DNA from: Sedimentisphaeraceae bacterium JB056
GTDB lineage: Bacteria; Planctomycetota; Phycisphaerae; Sedimentisphaerales; Sedimentisphaeraceae
Direction: 5' to 3'
Length of the DNA: 64,000 nucleotides
Assembly: GCA_044440125.1 (NCBI GenBank)
Contig: JBITAJ010000003.1
Span: 96,001-160,000, forward strand
The translations under genes were made by a program, and so were the position numbers. Below, in pieces: positions 59,448 through 64,000 of the stretch. Positions within the stretch are counted from its first letter, which is position 1. The number at the start of each line of letters is the position of its first letter. The notes beneath the pieces were generated by a model. That model was not told the DNA's origin. It worked only from the letters and a program-made list of their open reading frames with translations, and ran no database searches.

Positions 59448-61310
59448 ATGATTAAAGCAATATCAATATCTTTTGAAGCAGATAAAAAAGAGATAAATTT
59501 CCCTGAAATCCCACTCAAGAATGGACTGTACAGTTGCGATCAATACTGCCTTGAAGTAACAAAAGGCGATCACACCGGTATTAAGCTATACAAAACAAAT
59601 CGAGACAAATTTGAACTCACAAATATTTCATATACATTTGGGTTTCCTTTACATAATCCGGCCAAAATAATAGTACCCGACACCGGCAGGCACTTCATGG
59701 ACACACTTTACCCCCGTCAGGTTATGGCAAAAGCAAGATTTTTATCGAGTGCGGCTAAAATGGCAACACCGTTTATGGCATTTCTCGACAGTACGGAGAA
59801 AGTAAAACTGGCATTCGGGCTTACAGGAAAGATGGCAGATACCGAATTCCTGCTTGAATCACCCGGCGCAAACGCAAAATACTCACTTATCGTCAAATCA
59901 GACCAGTGGCAATGGAAAGTAAACAGACCCTTTGACAAGAAACTGTCTTTAGGAAAGTTAAGTTCATACGAAGACGGTTTTTACATCTCAACCGATGATA
60001 AATCATGGTTCCATTCCCTGAAAAAATACAGTGAAATATATCGTAGAGAAAACAAGATTGAACTTAAATCCAACAAGAATACTTATGATACCGAATTCTG
60101 TACATGGCGGGTAATTAATTCAGACAATTTCACGCATGACTGGACTGTAGAGACAGCAAAAGAATGCAAAAAACTCGGGATTGATGCCATGATCCTTGAT
60201 GATGGCTGGTTTGGAGTTGGGCTTGACAGCGACATAATGGAGAGTTCCCTGGGTAATTGGCCAAAGAAGGTAGATGGCAAATATAATGATATCACAGAAA
60301 CGATTAAAGCCATAAAGGAAGCCGGAGTCAAACCGCTGCTATGGTTCTGTCCGTTAGGTCTTGGCCCTCAATCTCAGAATTATGACAAACTTCAAAAATA
60401 CTGCGTTGAGGTTGAAGGTGAGCCTTATGTAACTCCGGGACTTTTCAGGACACTCTGTCCAAGAAACCCTGAAGCCCGAACAATAATGGTGCAGATGCTG
60501 AGAAAACTTCTCAGCTACAATCCTGATGGATTCAAACCCGACCTCTTCAACTACCAACCGATAAAAGCGTGTACCGCAGATCACGAGCATGACATACCTA
60601 ATACCCTTGAAGCACTAAAAGAATGCATGCGATTAATGTATGAAGAAGCCGTTAATCATGATCCTGAGATGATATTCATGCTCAAGAACGATGAGGCCAA
60701 CGTTGAATTCAGCCAGTATGCTCCTGCCGTAAGGAGCGGCGACTCTCCATATGACCCCAACATCATGTTCCTACGCTGCGCATATGCAAACGCTATTGCT
60801 CCTGCCGTAATCAACGATTATCTCATGACAGGAAAAGAAGAAAATCTCACTGATTTAGCCTACAGTCTGATTAAACAGATAACAATGGGAGTACCAGCTA
60901 TATCAATTGATGTACTCAACGCCACTTACGAACAAAAGGCCCTGCTGAAGAAATGGCTTACTTTCTACAACGAAACAGCCAAATCTATACACATGAACTC
61001 TTCACCAGAGCCACAGGATTCCGCTCTATTGTGCTGGGAAAGCATTGATAAAACAAACAACAAGATAATGCTCTCGCTGATTCATCCAGCAAATGTCATA
61101 GAGGAAATTAACGATGCAGATGAAATCTATATACTTAACGCAACAGATAATAAAAAAATATTCATAAACAACAATAATCTTTCAACTCAAATGAGTTTGA
61201 CATCATTTGACTACATGCATAAAGAAGTTGAAAAGAGAAAAATAACACCTCAAGACAACTCTGTGAATATTCCACCGGCAGGATTTGCAGTTCTTAACAA
61301 AATAAAATAA
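59448..61310 (+). CDS. GH36/clan GH-D-like glycosidase
   Basis: FCTW, ILDDGWF, LLWFCP, GFKPDLF, VRSGD; no signal peptide. Confidence 0.82.
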   Translation: MIKAISISFEADKKEINFPEIPLKNGLYSCDQYCLEVTKGDHTGIKLYKTNRDKFELTNISYTFGFPLHNPAKIIVPDTGRHFMDTLYPRQVMAKARFLSSAAKMATPFMAFLDSTEKVKLAFGLTGKMADTEFLLESPGANAKYSLIVKSDQWQWKVNRPFDKKLSLGKLSSYEDGFYISTDDKSWFHSLKKYSEIYRRENKIELKSNKNTYDTEFCTWRVINSDNFTHDWTVETAKECKKLGIDAMILDDGWFGVGLDSDIMESSLGNWPKKVDGKYNDITETIKAIKEAGVKPLLWFCPLGLGPQSQNYDKLQKYCVEVEGEPYVTPGLFRTLCPRNPEARTIMVQMLRKLLSYNPDGFKPDLFNYQPIKACTADHEHDIPNTLEALKECMRLMYEEAVNHDPEMIFMLKNDEANVEFSQYAPAVRSGDSPYDPNIMFLRCAYANAIAPAVINDYLMTGKEENLTDLAYSLIKQITMGVPAISIDVLNATYEQKALLKKWLTFYNETAKSIHMNSSPEPQDSALLCWESIDKTNNKIMLSLIHPANVIEEINDADEIYILNATDNKKIFINNNNLSTQMSLTSFDYMHKEVEKRKITPQDNSVNIPPAGFAVLNKIK

Positions 61311-63268
61311 TGGCTCAAGTTGACAAGATGAATAATATTAATATTAAAACAGACACAACAGAAAATTGCTGGGAAATAGAATCAGCAATTTTCTGTTTAA
61401 GAAATTTAAGCAGTGGGTTAATAGTAAAAGGACAAACAGAAAAGCTTAATTTAATACAATCAGAACATAACAATAATGCATATATTTTAAAATTCGAAAA
61501 TGATAATGCGGTTCTGAAATTAATGGTTTTAACACAAGAAGACAAGCTTATACTTGAAAGTGAGCTTCAGGCTAAGAAAGATATTTATATAGACTCTGTT
61601 GCTTTAGCTCAGATAGATAAAGAAATTACAAACCAGGATATAGAACTCGGCGACAAACTGGAGAATTACAGAATACTCATTAACTCAGATAATTCATGGG
61701 GGAAAACGGGCAACTGCCCTTTACTGCCCTCGCAAAGAAAAAAATCAAAGGGCGACATAAGAAGCGTAAAAGGCGGCATGGTAACCGCTATATGGTCTAC
61801 GATAAATTCTCGAGCATTACTTATAGGAACTGCCGAAGAAAGCAATTATCCATTAACCTATCTCTGGACAAAACCCCAAAACCATTCTCAGGCAGGGTTT
61901 TCTCTTTACAAGAGTATTGGAACAAACCTTAAACAAGATAAAGTATACCAACTTGGCAAAGTTGTTTTTTCCGGCACTAAAGATATCACATCTGAACTTG
62001 AAGCCTATGCTGAAAACTATTTCAATTTTGATTCAAAAACTGACAAAAAAATAATTGGCTGGAGCAGCTGGGACTACTATCTTGCCAACCCCAAAATGAT
62101 TGACATACAAGAAAACATAAATTCAATCAAAAACAACAGCTATCTTAAAGGTAAAATTAATCTTATAAGTATTGATTTGGGATGGTCAAAAATTGAAGGA
62201 GACTGGCGAAGCAATATTGATTTTCCAAAACATAGGGAAAATATTGCAGATTATATTCACTCAGAAGGCTTCAAAGCCGGAATATGGACAATGCCGTTAG
62301 TTGTTTCACCATTCTCAGACATTGCATGCAGAAAACCAAAATGGCTTATAAAAGATTCTGATGGATTCCCTGTAAATGTAAACAAAGGACAATATGATGA
62401 TGCCAAGTTTTCTCTTGACCCTACAATACCACAGGTAAGCAGTTACATTTTCGATCTTTACAGAACATTAAAAGATGAAGGATTTGAGTACTTCAAGCTT
62501 GATTTCCTCCGTCAATCATGCCGTTTCCCTGAGTATTCACTTTTTGACAAACAAATAACGAGAACAGAGATGCTCAGAAAAATGATAAAAACGATAAGAA
62601 AAGCTGTTGGCAAAGATTCTGTTATCTGCGCTTGCGGAGCACCTTTCGAAGCAGTTCAAGGTCTCGTAGACTATATCAGGGTATGCGATGATGTAAAAAA
62701 TCACTGGAGCAATATACAAAGATCTGCAAGATCAATAATACACAGATTCTGGTCTCATAAGAGGCTGTGGAATATTGACAGTGATTTTCTTATAGTAAGA
62801 GGAAGTGAAACCGCTGATATCAGCGAAGACCGCTTTATAACTTACCACAACATCACTCACGAACCATTTCACTGGCTCTCAGGCAAAACTTTGTCTGAAA
62901 ATGAGGCTAAAGTATGGGCAAGCATCTGCGTTATGACAGGTTCATGTCTTATTCTCGGGGACAGAGTAGAAAAACTTAATCCCCGCGGTCTCGAGGTCAT
63001 TAAACAAGCAATAGAAAACCAGAAAGAAAGCTTTTTCAGACCACTTGATCTTGAAGTTTCATCAATGCCATCCATTTGGCATCGATTCGACAATAACGGC
63101 AACGAAATGTACGCATTTTTCAATTTCACTGAAAAATCAAAAGAAATAGATCTTAATAAATACAATATTGCAGGCGATTTTGAAAGTATCTGGGAGTCAA
63201 ATTCAATAACCACCCCAACTACTTTGATAATTCCCTCGCGAAATGTAGTATTGCTGAAAAAAATATAA
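61310..63268 (+). CDS. GH36/clan GH-D-like glycosidase
   Basis: GWSSWDYY, IDLGW..GDW, AGIWTMP, LDPT.P, YFKLDFL, IRVCDD; TAATG coupling with the upstream gene. Confidence 0.85.
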   Translation: MAQVDKMNNINIKTDTTENCWEIESAIFCLRNLSSGLIVKGQTEKLNLIQSEHNNNAYILKFENDNAVLKLMVLTQEDKLILESELQAKKDIYIDSVALAQIDKEITNQDIELGDKLENYRILINSDNSWGKTGNCPLLPSQRKKSKGDIRSVKGGMVTAIWSTINSRALLIGTAEESNYPLTYLWTKPQNHSQAGFSLYKSIGTNLKQDKVYQLGKVVFSGTKDITSELEAYAENYFNFDSKTDKKIIGWSSWDYYLANPKMIDIQENINSIKNNSYLKGKINLISIDLGWSKIEGDWRSNIDFPKHRENIADYIHSEGFKAGIWTMPLVVSPFSDIACRKPKWLIKDSDGFPVNVNKGQYDDAKFSLDPTIPQVSSYIFDLYRTLKDEGFEYFKLDFLRQSCRFPEYSLFDKQITRTEMLRKMIKTIRKAVGKDSVICACGAPFEAVQGLVDYIRVCDDVKNHWSNIQRSARSIIHRFWSHKRLWNIDSDFLIVRGSETADISEDRFITYHNITHEPFHWLSGKTLSENEAKVWASICVMTGSCLILGDRVEKLNPRGLEVIKQAIENQKESFFRPLDLEVSSMPSIWHRFDNNGNEMYAFFNFTEKSKEIDLNKYNIAGDFESIWESNSITTPTTLIIPSRNVVLLKKI

Positions 63269-63282
63269 ATAGGAGCTTTAAT

Positions 63283-64000
63283 ATGTCATTAAGTATTCTG
63301 GACTGGACTGTCCTTCTAACACTATTTGTCCTGCTGAATTTATCAGGCTATTTGTGCCGTAAATATATCAAAAACGTAAGTGATTTTCTTGTCGCCGGAC
63401 GACATGTCGGCAGATATTTAGGCTTGGGGTCAGATTCAATGGCGGGCTTGGGGGCTGTTACAATGCTTGCCTTCTGGCAGATGATATACAAATCAGGCTT
63501 CAGCGGCCTATGGTGGTATATACTCTCACCAGTAGCAGGTATTGCCGTTGCTCTGACAGGCTGGGGAGTTTGCCGGTTTCGTCAAACTCGGGCAATGACT
63601 CTGGGACAGTTTATAGAAATGAAATACGGCCGTAAAACAAGGATACTTTTCGGCTCACTTGCCTATGCCGCCGGCGTACTCAACATGGGTATATTCCCGA
63701 TAGTGGGAGCCGGTTTCTTCGTATATTATCTTGGATTCCCTGCTGAACTTCATTTGGCTGGATTCACAATACCTACCACCCTGCCCATTATGCTCGTTTT
63801 AGTAGGCTCGGCTGTTGCCATATGCTTCCACGGCGGACAGGTGACACTCATAATAACAGATTTTCTCCAGAGCGTGTTCGTAAATGTAATGCTTGTTGTA
63901 ATCGTCGTATTCGTTTACAAAATGTTCTCATGGCAGCAGATTAGTGAAACATTCACAAGTGTCGAAAACTCAAAGGCCCTTATTAATCCCTACGCTAAGG
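63283..64000 (+). CDS. Sodium:solute symporter, 3' truncated by the window edge
   Basis: Not in the ORF track. ATG 63283 after AGGAG; MSLSILDWTVLL...VSDFLVAGRHVGRYL...RFRQTRAMTLGQFIEMKYG...GGQVTLIITDFLQ. Confidence 0.9.
   Translation, partial: MSLSILDWTVLLTLFVLLNLSGYLCRKYIKNVSDFLVAGRHVGRYLGLGSDSMAGLGAVTMLAFWQMIYKSGFSGLWWYILSPVAGIAVALTGWGVCRFRQTRAMTLGQFIEMKYGRKTRILFGSLAYAAGVLNMGIFPIVGAGFFVYYLGFPAELHLAGFTIPTTLPIMLVLVGSAVAICFHGGQVTLIITDFLQSVFVNVMLVVIVVFVYKMFSWQQISETFTSVENSKALINPYAK

Noticed and set aside
311..63213. The many 60-170 aa ORFs in the track that overlap larger genes
   Set aside because: Antisense or alternate-frame shadows of well-supported CDSs, with no recognisable motifs
1..64000. 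CRISPR arrays, tRNA/rRNA, IS elements, prophage
   Set aside because: Intergenic gaps are short and AT-rich with no repeat-spacer pattern or cloverleaf, and there are no transposase, integrase or phage ORFs

Overview
AT-rich bacterial DNA, most likely from a planctomycete of class Phycisphaerae (Sedimentisphaerales-like). This is inferred from DUF1559-type prepilin-like genes, dockerin-like C-terminal tails, a PEP-CTERM protein and SSS transporters. The whole window is four back-to-back glycan-utilisation modules (about 1-14.6 kb, 14.7-29.8 kb, 30.2-48.5 kb and 48.9-64 kb) built to one plan. Each has a sugar-responsive regulator (none is visible for module 1), one prepilin-like gene directly upstream of a dockerin-tailed gene, several secreted proteins carrying a module-specific LamG/lectin-like domain, a twin pair of paralogous enzymes (one with the dockerin-like tail, one without), and further CAZymes. 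Module 2 adds a sulfatase, module 3 an aldolase, and modules 3 and 4 SSS symporters. I saw no SusC/D, cohesin, rRNA/tRNA, CRISPR or mobile element. Other points of note: a 209-bp inverted near-identical tract (likely gene conversion) flanking pilin gene 1, a LamG pseudogene remnant, intra-operon hairpins sharing a loop 9-mer, and three LacI-type operators. All family calls come from motif recognition by eye, not database searches.
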